Positions 16,621 through 25,237 of a stretch of 64,000 nucleotides of DNA are shown here, piece by piece. The notes beneath the pieces were generated by a model. The model saw only the letters and a program-made list of their open reading frames with translations. It had not been told where the DNA came from and searched no databases. A program made the translations under genes and the position numbers. Position 1 is the first letter of the stretch, and each line of letters opens with the position of its first letter. Origin of the DNA: a virus; IMG/VR virus record IMGVR_UViG_3300047281_000098, positions 1-64,000 of that record, one strand, 5' to 3'.

Positions 16621-16906
16621 TTTTGTCAGTAAATGGGAACACATTCTTGAAGACGTAGAAAAGAATAATATACCTATCCAGTTCATAAAAAAATTGGTTA
16701 TTAAGTTGCAAGGTAAAAAGCAGCAAACAGTTAATATTATGAAACTACTTCAACAAGGATTAGACCCAGAGCAAATTGAAGAAGCACTAAGTAGAAAATT
16801 ACATGAACTTGATGAAACAGTTGTCAGCATTGATTTTATACTTAATGTACAATCAATTGCGGATACCGTTCAGCCTACTACCGACGAGTTGCTGAAGAAT
16901 CTATGA
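16610..16906 (+). CDS. hypothetical protein
   Basis: tiled ORF. Confidence 0.75.
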   Translation: MSPDFVSKWEHILEDVEKNNIPIQFIKKLVIKLQGKKQQTVNIMKLLQQGLDPEQIEEALSRKLHELDETVVSIDFILNVQSIADTVQPTTDELLKNL

Positions 16907-17376
16907 AGTTAATTATAGCATGTACCCCTTCGGGTGGAATAGGCTATAAGAACAAATTGCCCTGGAGTAAAATCGAGGGCGATTTACCAAGATTTAATAA
17001 ATTAACAAATGGTAAAGTTGTTGTTATGGGTCGTAATACTTGGAATAGCTTGCCGAAGAAACCGTTACCTAATAGGACAAACTACATCATCACTTCTGAT
17101 CCTACAATTATTCCTTTCTATCCCGCGAGTGCCGGCACAGCCTTTGCTACTACTATGAGAACTCTCGACTATCTTAATGAAAATGCATGTATTATAGGCG
17201 GAGCAAAACTAATTGAAGGTGCCTGGGGGAGGATTACAGAAGTTCATTTAACAATAACTTTCGCCGAATACACTTGCGATACTTTCATTGATCTGTTAAA
17301 ATTATCTAAAGAATTCACCTGTAATCAATTGAGTGACTTCCCTGATCACTCATATCAAATTTGGAAAAGACGATGA
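16903..17376 (+). CDS. folA: dihydrofolate reductase
   Basis: GIGYKNKLPW, VVMGRNTWNS, PLPNR, IIGG, CDTF. Confidence 0.96.
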   Translation: MKLIIACTPSGGIGYKNKLPWSKIEGDLPRFNKLTNGKVVVMGRNTWNSLPKKPLPNRTNYIITSDPTIIPFYPASAGTAFATTMRTLDYLNENACIIGGAKLIEGAWGRITEVHLTITFAEYTCDTFIDLLKLSKEFTCNQLSDFPDHSYQIWKRR

Positions 17377-18248
17377 AACAATACCTAGACCTACTACAAG
17401 ATATTTTAGATAACGGAGAAATGAAAGATGATAGAACTGGCACTGGCACTATTAGTGTGTTTGGACGTAGCCTTCGCTTTAATTTGCATAATTCCTTCCC
17501 GGCTGTTACCACAAAAAAGCTAGCTTGGAAAGCCTGTAAAGGTGAACTACTTTGGTTTCTTGAAGGATCAGGAGATGAACGTAGGCTCGCAGAGATTACG
17601 CACGGCACTGCTACTGGCAATGTTACCATTTGGACTGGCAATGCGCTATCTCCTTATTGGAAACCTAAAGCAAAGTTTGAAGGTGATTTAGGAAGAGTTT
17701 ACGGAGTACAATGGCGCCAGTGGAATCCACACGCTATTAAATGGACTAGTTCTAGTGAGTCAGAACCAGTGTATATCGATCAATTGGCGAATCTCATAGA
17801 AGGACTGAAACAAGATCCTAATGGGCGCAGGCACATCCTCAGTGCTTGGAACGTGGGCGAGTTAGATCAAATGGCATTGCCCCCTTGTCACGTTATGAGT
17901 CAATTCTATGTCAACAAAAATAAAGAACTCTCTTGTCATATGTATCAGCGCAGCGTGGATGTTTTTCTTGGTCTACCTTTTAATATTGCTAGCTATGCGT
18001 TACTCACTCATTTGATTGCGCAAGTGTGCGGATTGAAAGTTGGTGAGCTTGTCATTAGCACAGGTGATACTCACATTTATTCTAATCACGTCGAACAGGT
18101 TAGAGAACAGTTGGCCCGCGAACCGCTGGCAGCTCCTACACTTTGGCTTAACCCTGAAATTATTGATATCAATCAATTTAAAATGGAAGATATCAAATTA
18201 GAGAACTACACTTCATTGTCTTCTATCAAAGCAGAAATGGCAGTATAA
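17373..18248 (+). CDS. thyA: thymidylate synthase
   Basis: DRTGTGT, ELLWF, YGVQWR, MALPPCH, YQRSVDVFLGLPFN, GDTHIYSNH; ATG at 17373. Confidence 0.98.
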   Translation: MKQYLDLLQDILDNGEMKDDRTGTGTISVFGRSLRFNLHNSFPAVTTKKLAWKACKGELLWFLEGSGDERRLAEITHGTATGNVTIWTGNALSPYWKPKAKFEGDLGRVYGVQWRQWNPHAIKWTSSSESEPVYIDQLANLIEGLKQDPNGRRHILSAWNVGELDQMALPPCHVMSQFYVNKNKELSCHMYQRSVDVFLGLPFNIASYALLTHLIAQVCGLKVGELVISTGDTHIYSNHVEQVREQLAREPLAAPTLWLNPEIIDINQFKMEDIKLENYTSLSSIKAEMAV

Positions 18249-18997
18249 TGAATAAATTATTACTTACAAGTGGGTGTAGCTTTTCTAGACCAGGAACAAC
18301 AGAAGCAGAAGCAACTTGGGCTAATTGTTTAGAAAAAAAATTGGTCAACTATGATGCTGTTCATATAGGATTAGCCTCCCAAGGTAATGATTTAATCAGC
18401 AGAAAAACTATATACACACTTACGCAGCTACTAAAGAAAATGAATCCTCAGGATATATTAGTTGGTATAATGTGGTCAGGTACACCTAGACATGCTGTAT
18501 ATCTTTCTAATACAGTTGACAATTTTCCTAAGGTATTTCAAAATCAAGTAAACCCCACTTCAGTCGTGCCGAACAATGATAAATGGTATGTACTAATTCC
18601 AAAAAATCATCCTAATATGAAAGATAGAGAGTTTGATATCTATAGCAGAAGTTATTATGAATATCTATACGATCAAACTGGATCAGAAGTTGAAACTTGT
18701 GAACATATATTAAGAACACAGTGGTTCTTAGAAAAGAACAATATCAAGTACTTTATGAGTACATATATGAGTACAGTGCTACCTAGTAGTTTGAAAACAA
18801 ATATCGAAGTTGCCCATCTATATAATGAAATAAATTTTGATACTTTTTTGCCAGTTGATGGTGAATATGAGTGGTGCTTAAATAAATCAGGATTATCATT
18901 TCCTATACCAGGTGATCGTCATCCTAGTAACTTTCAACACGATAAATTTACAGACGATATCATCATTCCCTTTTTAAAAGAAAAACAATATATATGA
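18248..18997 (+). CDS. SGNH-hydrolase-like hypothetical protein
   Basis: SGCSFS near N-terminus, GN block, D-x-HP near C-terminus; AT-rich. Confidence 0.6.
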   Translation: MNKLLLTSGCSFSRPGTTEAEATWANCLEKKLVNYDAVHIGLASQGNDLISRKTIYTLTQLLKKMNPQDILVGIMWSGTPRHAVYLSNTVDNFPKVFQNQVNPTSVVPNNDKWYVLIPKNHPNMKDREFDIYSRSYYEYLYDQTGSEVETCEHILRTQWFLEKNNIKYFMSTYMSTVLPSSLKTNIEVAHLYNEINFDTFLPVDGEYEWCLNKSGLSFPIPGDRHPSNFQHDKFTDDIIIPFLKEKQYI

Positions 18998-19953
18998 ACA
19001 TTTTAGTAACAGGAGGCTTGGGCCTCATCGGACATCATGTAGTGAAACGTCTACAGAATCAAGGTCACATTGTGTCTATTATGGATACACAAACAAACTA
19101 CGGTATCATCCCTCAAGATGAAATTGATTACCTAGTCGAAGAACGAACAAAGAATCTAGACTTGTCCGGTTATTATAAGTATGATATTTGTGATTCTGCT
19201 AAAGTTACCAAGGTGTTTAGTATAGAAACCCCTGATATTGTAATTCATATGGCCAGCTTTCCCAGACAAAAAGTAGTCAATGCGAATCCTGCATTGGGAA
19301 GTCGCGTTATGAGTGAAGGCCTTCTTAATTTACTAGAAGCTAGTAAACATTTTGAGGTACGAAAGTTCGTTTATATCAGTAGTTCAATGGTCTACGGTGA
19401 CTTTACTGATGATGTCACAGAAGAGTCTCCGTGTAATCCACAGGGACAATATGGCATTATGAAACTTGCCGGCGAATGGTTAGTTAAAGATTACTCACGC
19501 CGCGACAATATTGTTCATACTATCATTCGCCCTAGTGCAGTGTACGGTCCATTAGATGTCGAAGACCGTGTTATCGCAAAATTCATGCTTACGGCAATGC
19601 GAGGTGGCGCACTTAAAGTTAATGGCGCCGGAGAAACACTAGACTTCACTTATGTAGAAGACGCAGCAGCTGGCATAGTCGCAGCAGCACTAAGTGAAAA
19701 TACTACTAACAAGACCTATAACATTACCAAGAGTCATAGTCGTACTCTACTTGACGCAGCTAATCTAGCAGTTAAGATCGCAGGCAAAGGAACGATTGAG
19801 GTCCGAGCCAAGGATGCTGACTTTCCAAGTCGAGGCGCATTAAATATTGATGCCGCAAAAAGAGACTTTAGCTTTGATCCTAAAGTAGATGTAGAAGAAG
19901 GGTTCGAAAAGTATTACGAGTGGTTAAGTGAAAGCCCATACTTTAACAAATGA
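18994..19953 (+). CDS. NAD-dependent sugar epimerase/dehydratase
   Basis: TGGLGLIG, SSSMVYG, YGIMK (YxxxK), DFTYVED. Confidence 0.94.
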   Translation: MNILVTGGLGLIGHHVVKRLQNQGHIVSIMDTQTNYGIIPQDEIDYLVEERTKNLDLSGYYKYDICDSAKVTKVFSIETPDIVIHMASFPRQKVVNANPALGSRVMSEGLLNLLEASKHFEVRKFVYISSSMVYGDFTDDVTEESPCNPQGQYGIMKLAGEWLVKDYSRRDNIVHTIIRPSAVYGPLDVEDRVIAKFMLTAMRGGALKVNGAGETLDFTYVEDAAAGIVAAALSENTTNKTYNITKSHSRTLLDAANLAVKIAGKGTIEVRAKDADFPSRGALNIDAAKRDFSFDPKVDVEEGFEKYYEWLSESPYFNK

Positions 19954-21017
19954 ATATTAGACATTTTAGATTAGATAGACAATATGCTAATCTTAAAGAT
20001 GAATTACTAGATGCAAGTCACCGTGCTCTGAAAGACGGTGTTCTTGTTGGCGGAGAGCATACCCGCGCATTTGAAAAATGGTTAGCTGAACGCACCGGTG
20101 CAAAGTATGCCATAACAGTTCATAGTGGGACACAAGCATTAGAAATTATTGCCAGGTATAAAATAGAACAATGGCACATGAATGGTAATTTTAGTAGCAT
20201 CGTGCCTACTATCCATATACCTAATATTACATATCCAGCAACAATGAACGCATTCATAACAGCAGGATGGAACATAGAGTTGAATGACACTGATAGTAAT
20301 GGACTGCTGGTACCGTCAAGCTATACTCAAGTAGGGCATTATGAATGTGTAGTTGGACTATACGGCACCGGCCTGAACAAGATTCACTATGACTCTAGTT
20401 CAGTGGTTGATGGGGCGCAGCATTGGCTCGTTGCTGATGGTAACATTGGGTCAGGCATGGCTATCTCATTTGATCCTACTAAAAATCTGCCAGCATCCGG
20501 CAACGGCGGTGCCATTGTCACTAATGATAGATATCTATATGAGTATGCCATATTGTACAAGGACAACGGTAAAAATGCTTTCTCTTCGGTTGGTACTAAT
20601 AGTAAGATGAGTGAGCAAGATTGTGCTCAACTATTAGTACGAACTAAGTACATTGATTCTTGGCAGGATCGCAGAGAGTATATCAAAAATCATTGGTGTG
20701 ATGCTTTTAAAGAGTTACCGCTAAGATGTTTGAGTGCTGGAATAGAATATCACGCTAATCAAAAGTTCGTAGTATATACTTCTGATCGTGATGATTTACA
20801 TAAATATATGATGGATCACGGGATAGAAACAAGAATTCACTATCCATATGCCCTAAGTGAGTTGTCGGTTACATCATCATATAAAAAACCCGACCTCATC
20901 AGCACAAGCGTGATGCTAGTACGTGGTGTACTAAGTTTACCAATGTATCCTGAATTAACTGATGAAGAAGTTGAATATATAACACAAACTGTTATATCAT
21001 ACTTCAATCATAAATAA
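19950..21017 (+). CDS. DegT/DnrJ-family PLP aminotransferase
   Basis: SGTQAL, DGAQ, SFDPTKNL, LSLPMYP. Confidence 0.92.
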   Translation: MNIRHFRLDRQYANLKDELLDASHRALKDGVLVGGEHTRAFEKWLAERTGAKYAITVHSGTQALEIIARYKIEQWHMNGNFSSIVPTIHIPNITYPATMNAFITAGWNIELNDTDSNGLLVPSSYTQVGHYECVVGLYGTGLNKIHYDSSSVVDGAQHWLVADGNIGSGMAISFDPTKNLPASGNGGAIVTNDRYLYEYAILYKDNGKNAFSSVGTNSKMSEQDCAQLLVRTKYIDSWQDRREYIKNHWCDAFKELPLRCLSAGIEYHANQKFVVYTSDRDDLHKYMMDHGIETRIHYPYALSELSVTSSYKKPDLISTSVMLVRGVLSLPMYPELTDEEVEYITQTVISYFNHK

Positions 21018-21021
21018 GTAT

Positions 21022-21489
21022 ATGTGGATATTATCAGTGCTCCCCGATATTGTACTTCATTTAATTCTTGTTGTTGGAATTTTGGGTACCATAGCAGGAT
21101 TCGTGTTAGGAGGCATCCCCTTCATTAATGCGTACAAGCTACCTATACAAATTTGCAGCATATTGATATTGTCATTAGGATTATACTTGGAAGGTGGTCT
21201 TGCTGATAAACAAGTCTGGTTACTTAAAGTAAAAGAAGTCGAGGCTAAGTTAGCGAAAGCCGAAGCAAAGTCTCAGCTTGAGAATGTAAAGATAGTAACT
21301 CAGGTAGTTAAGAAGCTAGAGTTAGTCAGAACACGCGGAAATGATGTAGTTCAGTACATTGATCGTGAAGTAGTCAAATACGACAATATATGTCCTATTC
21401 CAATTGAAGTAATCAGGGCACATAATGCTGCCGCCGGAGACTTGCGTCTTAAAATGGAAATGTCACTAACACTGAAGGATCTAAAATGA
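21022..21489 (+). CDS. inner-membrane spanin-like protein (Rz-like)
   Basis: N-terminal TM helices, coiled coil, C-terminal CPIP; late TAAATA box upstream. Confidence 0.7.
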   Translation: MWILSVLPDIVLHLILVVGILGTIAGFVLGGIPFINAYKLPIQICSILILSLGLYLEGGLADKQVWLLKVKEVEAKLAKAEAKSQLENVKIVTQVVKKLELVRTRGNDVVQYIDREVVKYDNICPIPIEVIRAHNAAAGDLRLKMEMSLTLKDLK

Positions 21490-21755
21490 AACAGCTAGTT
21501 ATTATTGTGGCGTTACTGATAAGTGGGTGTAGTACACCTGTTCCTATATCTTCTAAATTTCCTGATGTGCCTCCACAACTAACGGAAAAATGCCCTCAAC
21601 TGAAATTAATTGAGGGCGATGCGGTAACATTGAGTAGTCTTACCAAGACTGTTACCGCAAATTACACTACGTATTACGAATGTGCTATCAAACTAGATAG
21701 TTGGATTGAATGGTATGGCGTTCAGAAAACTATATTCGAAAACGCCGGTAAATAA
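21486..21755 (+). CDS. outer-membrane spanin-like lipoprotein (Rz1-like)
   Basis: lipobox LISGC, Pro-rich FPDVPPQL..CP. Confidence 0.75.
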   Translation: MKQLVIIVALLISGCSTPVPISSKFPDVPPQLTEKCPQLKLIEGDAVTLSSLTKTVTANYTTYYECAIKLDSWIEWYGVQKTIFENAGK

Positions 21756-22574
21756 TTAATCGTTTGCTGCCGCACCGCATTTATTTCTTTTTGCTTGTGT
21801 AAGAGCACCAAAATCAACTGGCCATTCTTTTCCTGGATGTAATTCTTTAGCATTTTTAGGAAAGCTAAAGTTAACTTCTGCGACTCTTTCAATCTGTGAA
21901 ATAGATACACGGAACTTAGTTAGGTCATTGCCTAGATTAGGATAAGGAGCAACGTGCGGGAACACCCAGCCGGCTACCTCATTGGTTTGATTGTTAATCA
22001 CCATTTTATAAAAAGCATGTGGTACAATAACGCCTGTACCAATCTTCTTATCTTGCGCATTATACATTCCACCTACATAAACTGTATAACTTTGATTACG
22101 CTGAACAGCCCATCCACGTACTGAAGTTTCTAACAACTTCCATATACCACGATTGAGCGATGGAGCTTGTGGACTCATGTTTGTCATTAGAAATGATTCA
22201 AATTCAACTTGAGTATTCCACGATAAGTCGCCTGCAGGACTCATGTGACCTTTATCATATCCAGCAGCCGCGTAATCATCAGGTCGCGCACCACCAACGA
22301 TGCTTTGGTCTACTGCAAATGCGTTTGTTCGTGCCACACACCCTAATGCGTTGCCAGGTAATAGTTCGTATGTCACCCACTGTGGTAATTTAGCGGCGGA
22401 ATCATATCCTACTAGGTATGCCTGTCTACAAATTGGAGTAACTGCTCTAGCTCCTTGTGGGAAGCCGTATGGACTATGTACGTGGCATTGAGCAAGTTGA
22501 TTTGGAACACGTTGTGTCCATGCACTCGCAGTAATGGATATAAGCAACAATAAACTGACAATAATTTTCTTCAT
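21756..22574 (-). CDS. secreted DNA/RNA non-specific endonuclease (NucA/EndoG family)
   Basis: signal peptide, YDKGHM, ESFLMTNMSPQ, NRGIWKLLE, VPHAFYK. Confidence 0.93.
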   Translation of the reverse strand: MKKIIVSLLLLISITASAWTQRVPNQLAQCHVHSPYGFPQGARAVTPICRQAYLVGYDSAAKLPQWVTYELLPGNALGCVARTNAFAVDQSIVGGARPDDYAAAGYDKGHMSPAGDLSWNTQVEFESFLMTNMSPQAPSLNRGIWKLLETSVRGWAVQRNQSYTVYVGGMYNAQDKKIGTGVIVPHAFYKMVINNQTNEVAGWVFPHVAPYPNLGNDLTKFRVSISQIERVAEVNFSFPKNAKELHPGKEWPVDFGALTQAKRNKCGAAAND

Positions 22575-22638
22575 TCGTGGACTCCTGTTGTATATTTATC
22601 TTGTTTCTTAATCTAATATCAAACGATAAATACTTTAT

Positions 22639-23172
22639 ATGGCACAAGAAATTATCAATATTGGTATATTACCGAATGACGGGAAGGGTGAGCCGATTCG
22701 CACGGCCTTGATTAAAATCGGTAATATGTTCACTGAATTGTATAAAAGCGATTTTTCAACTTCAACTGAATATACTACTGGAAATGTCCCGGGACAGCTA
22801 ATCTTTCAAACCCCAGCAGACTCTTTCACTCAAGCTAAATTACAGGTTAATTCTAGGAATCCACAAACAGACACTACGCAGAATATTACAATCGGGGCAT
22901 CTATCAATCATGATACGGCAACCGTGGGATTTTCAGCGTACGGTACTGTCTTTACTGGCGAGGCGCTGACACGTTATGACATGGATATATTCGAAGGGAA
23001 TGTGAGACTACTTAGTAACCCTCTTACCACTGATACTTTAGTTCACTTTACTTCTTGTCAAGTAACTTTCCCGGGCAAAGAACTGCCGGGTCTTGAGGTT
23101 GGGGTAGACGGATATCCTGTGGGCACATTAATGATTACCCAAGACGATCTTATACTTACAACAGAATCATAA
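22639..23172 (+). CDS. virion structural protein with T4 gp9/gp10-like N-terminus
   Basis: QEIINIG..PNDGKGEPIRTA..KI...FTELY; late box upstream. Confidence 0.7.
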   Translation: MAQEIINIGILPNDGKGEPIRTALIKIGNMFTELYKSDFSTSTEYTTGNVPGQLIFQTPADSFTQAKLQVNSRNPQTDTTQNITIGASINHDTATVGFSAYGTVFTGEALTRYDMDIFEGNVRLLSNPLTTDTLVHFTSCQVTFPGKELPGLEVGVDGYPVGTLMITQDDLILTTES

Positions 23173-23174
23173 TC

Positions 23175-23561
23175 ATGAGAGCATATGAATTTATAACTGA
23201 AACGACAAGAGTACCTTTGTCAATAGATGTAGCCAGAGCATTACCCGGTACATATGCTATTCCTGAGTTGCCTAATTCAGATTTTTACAAACAATACAGA
23301 TTTGGTGTCGCAATGGCCGGCGCAAAAGGGGCCAAGCAGCGCGAAGCAGATAACATTCAGCCTTATTCAGGTGAAACTGAATGGGGTGAGAACATGATTG
23401 TATCATCGTATATGGATCCTACGGTAGGTGAAGATATAGACTATGCGTTAGCTCAACTTGGATTATCCGGCAAAAGAAAAATCAGCACTACTAAAAGTGA
23501 AGAAGCCACTGATGTAACTAAGAAAAGTCCAGTCAACTCTTTTAAAGGATACCCAAAATGA
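23175..23561 (+). CDS. putative internal head protein
   Basis: leader MRAYEFITE; paralogous to next gene. Confidence 0.65.
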   Translation: MRAYEFITETTRVPLSIDVARALPGTYAIPELPNSDFYKQYRFGVAMAGAKGAKQREADNIQPYSGETEWGENMIVSSYMDPTVGEDIDYALAQLGLSGKRKISTTKSEEATDVTKKSPVNSFKGYPK

Positions 23562-23935
23562 GAGCAAGTGAATTTATAAGCGAAGCCCGTAAAATAGGAA
23601 AACTGTCTAAAAGACAACAAATGTCTACCCGCGGCGCGACAAAGTTTAGAGATCCGGGCGGATATGATCGTACATATGAACTCAATCGTATTATGATGGC
23701 TACGGCGTGTGCGGATGGTACGACTCCGTTGGATATCAATGCTGAGAGTTGGGCCGGAAGATACAATACTGCCCACCCATACACTGACATTGAGCAGAAA
23801 ATGTTAGTACAAGCTCTGAAAGCAGTTGGCAGCGATTATGAAGACTTAAATAGCGGAGACAATCGAAGCCAAGAATTGGAAACTACGAACAAAGCAAGTG
23901 TAGTACAGCCATTTAAGGGTTACAAGAAAAAATAA
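23558..23935 (+). CDS. putative internal head protein
   Basis: leader MRASEFISE; shared C-terminus S.V..FKGY. Confidence 0.65.
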   Translation: MRASEFISEARKIGKLSKRQQMSTRGATKFRDPGGYDRTYELNRIMMATACADGTTPLDINAESWAGRYNTAHPYTDIEQKMLVQALKAVGSDYEDLNSGDNRSQELETTNKASVVQPFKGYKKK

Positions 23936-23979
23936 GATAGTCAGTTCAATGAATAAGTACTGTATCAACAAAATACAGG

Positions 23980-24678
23980 ATGAACATGATTGATATCAAC
24001 CAAACTCTAGACCTAATCAAATTAAAATTCTACAACGAACATTTATATGTGGCACATATTTATGATGAAGGTGACAGTCAGTTTCACAAAGACTTGACGA
24101 CACAAGTTGTTAAGCAATACATTGATCCGCTAAATCTACCCAAAGATGCTAAAATTCTAGATTTGGGATGCGGCCCGGGCTACTTTCTTGACGAGATGAA
24201 GGAACGTGAATACACTGATGTAGTTGGTGTTACACTAAGCCCCGGCGACATTGCTTTGTGCGAGAGTAAAGGACACTCAATCAAGAAATATGATTTGACC
24301 TTTCTACCACAGAAAGATGGCTACTACGATGAAAGTGTAGACTTTATCTTTTTGCGGCATGCGCTAGAACACAGTCCGTATCCAATGTTCAGCTTGATGG
24401 AGTACAATCGTATTCTAAAACAAGGAAGCAAGATTTACATTGAAGTTCCCCAGCCTAACTGTGATCGTAAGCACGAGTTCAATTTAAATCACTATAGTAT
24501 ACTAGGTGAACAACAGTTAGCGGCATTGCTACACCGCGCTGGATTTGACATCAATACATTCAATAACTTTGAATTTGACTTACAAGTTGGGGTAAATGAA
24601 GATAATACTCCGGTTCTTGCCCGAGAAAAATACTACTGTATCGTGGCTACAAAAGCCAGACCACTTGATATAAAATAA
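23980..24678 (+). CDS. class I SAM-dependent methyltransferase
   Basis: ILDLGCGPG, HALEH, IYIEVP. Confidence 0.9.
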   Translation: MNMIDINQTLDLIKLKFYNEHLYVAHIYDEGDSQFHKDLTTQVVKQYIDPLNLPKDAKILDLGCGPGYFLDEMKEREYTDVVGVTLSPGDIALCESKGHSIKKYDLTFLPQKDGYYDESVDFIFLRHALEHSPYPMFSLMEYNRILKQGSKIYIEVPQPNCDRKHEFNLNHYSILGEQQLAALLHRAGFDINTFNNFEFDLQVGVNEDNTPVLAREKYYCIVATKARPLDIK

Positions 24679-24690
24679 TTTTAAGTTTGA

Positions 24691-24720
24691 TAAATACTCT
24701 CTATACGAGAGTATTTTTTT
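24691..24720 (+). terminator. terminator overlapping a late promoter
   Basis: AAATACTCTC-TATAC-GAGAGTATTT plus T run; TAAATA at 24691-24696 overlaps the 5' arm. Confidence 0.7.
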
Positions 24721-24758
24721 GTCTGGTGAAAAGACAAAGCAAACTAAGGTAAACAATC

Positions 24759-25058
24759 ATGTCAGTATTAACATTAAGAAGCGGTGCTTTCGTTCCGGGC
24801 ACTACACAGAATTTAACATCAACTGGTACCACGCAACAAAGTGCGGCGGTTAGCAGTGTAGCCAGCATCATCCGAATCGCCTGTCAGCAGGATACTTATA
24901 TTACGATAGGTGCTAATCCAGTAGCTGATGCGTCCAGCATGATGATTGTAGGCGGTGGCTCAGAATTTCTAGCAGTAGTTCCAGGTGTCACTAAAGTAGC
25001 AGTCAAGCAGATATCAACTGCTGGCTTAGTAAGCATCACAGAATTAACCGGATACTAA
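24759..25058 (+). CDS. small beta-rich virion protein
   Basis: late context, Ser/Thr/Val-rich. Confidence 0.65.
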   Translation: MSVLTLRSGAFVPGTTQNLTSTGTTQQSAAVSSVASIIRIACQQDTYITIGANPVADASSMMIVGGGSEFLAVVPGVTKVAVKQISTAGLVSITELTGY

Positions 25059-25059
25059 A

Positions 25060-25236
25060 ATGCCCGGCAAAGTTGGACTTAATGGATTAGGAAGATTAGG
25101 CTGGGGAGTGGGCTCAATTAAGCCCGGTCACGCAAGTACCTCTCCCCCTCCATTAATAGAATACGGTGTCATTCTAGAAAATGAAACTGGTTTTATATTA
25201 TTAGAAGACGGCACGCCCGTTGTAACGGAATCATAA
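25060..25236 (+). CDS. 58-aa protein (not in ORF track), fibre-associated
   Basis: MPGKVGL...ILENETGFILLEDGTPVVTES; C-terminus resembles that of 22639-23172. Confidence 0.6.
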   Translation: MPGKVGLNGLGRLGWGVGSIKPGHASTSPPPLIEYGVILENETGFILLEDGTPVVTES

Positions 25237-25237
25237 A

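Noticed and set aside
17373-18248. dCMP hydroxymethylase
   Set aside because: Canonical ThyA motifs including PFN, and adjacent DHFR, indicate ordinary thymidylate synthase.
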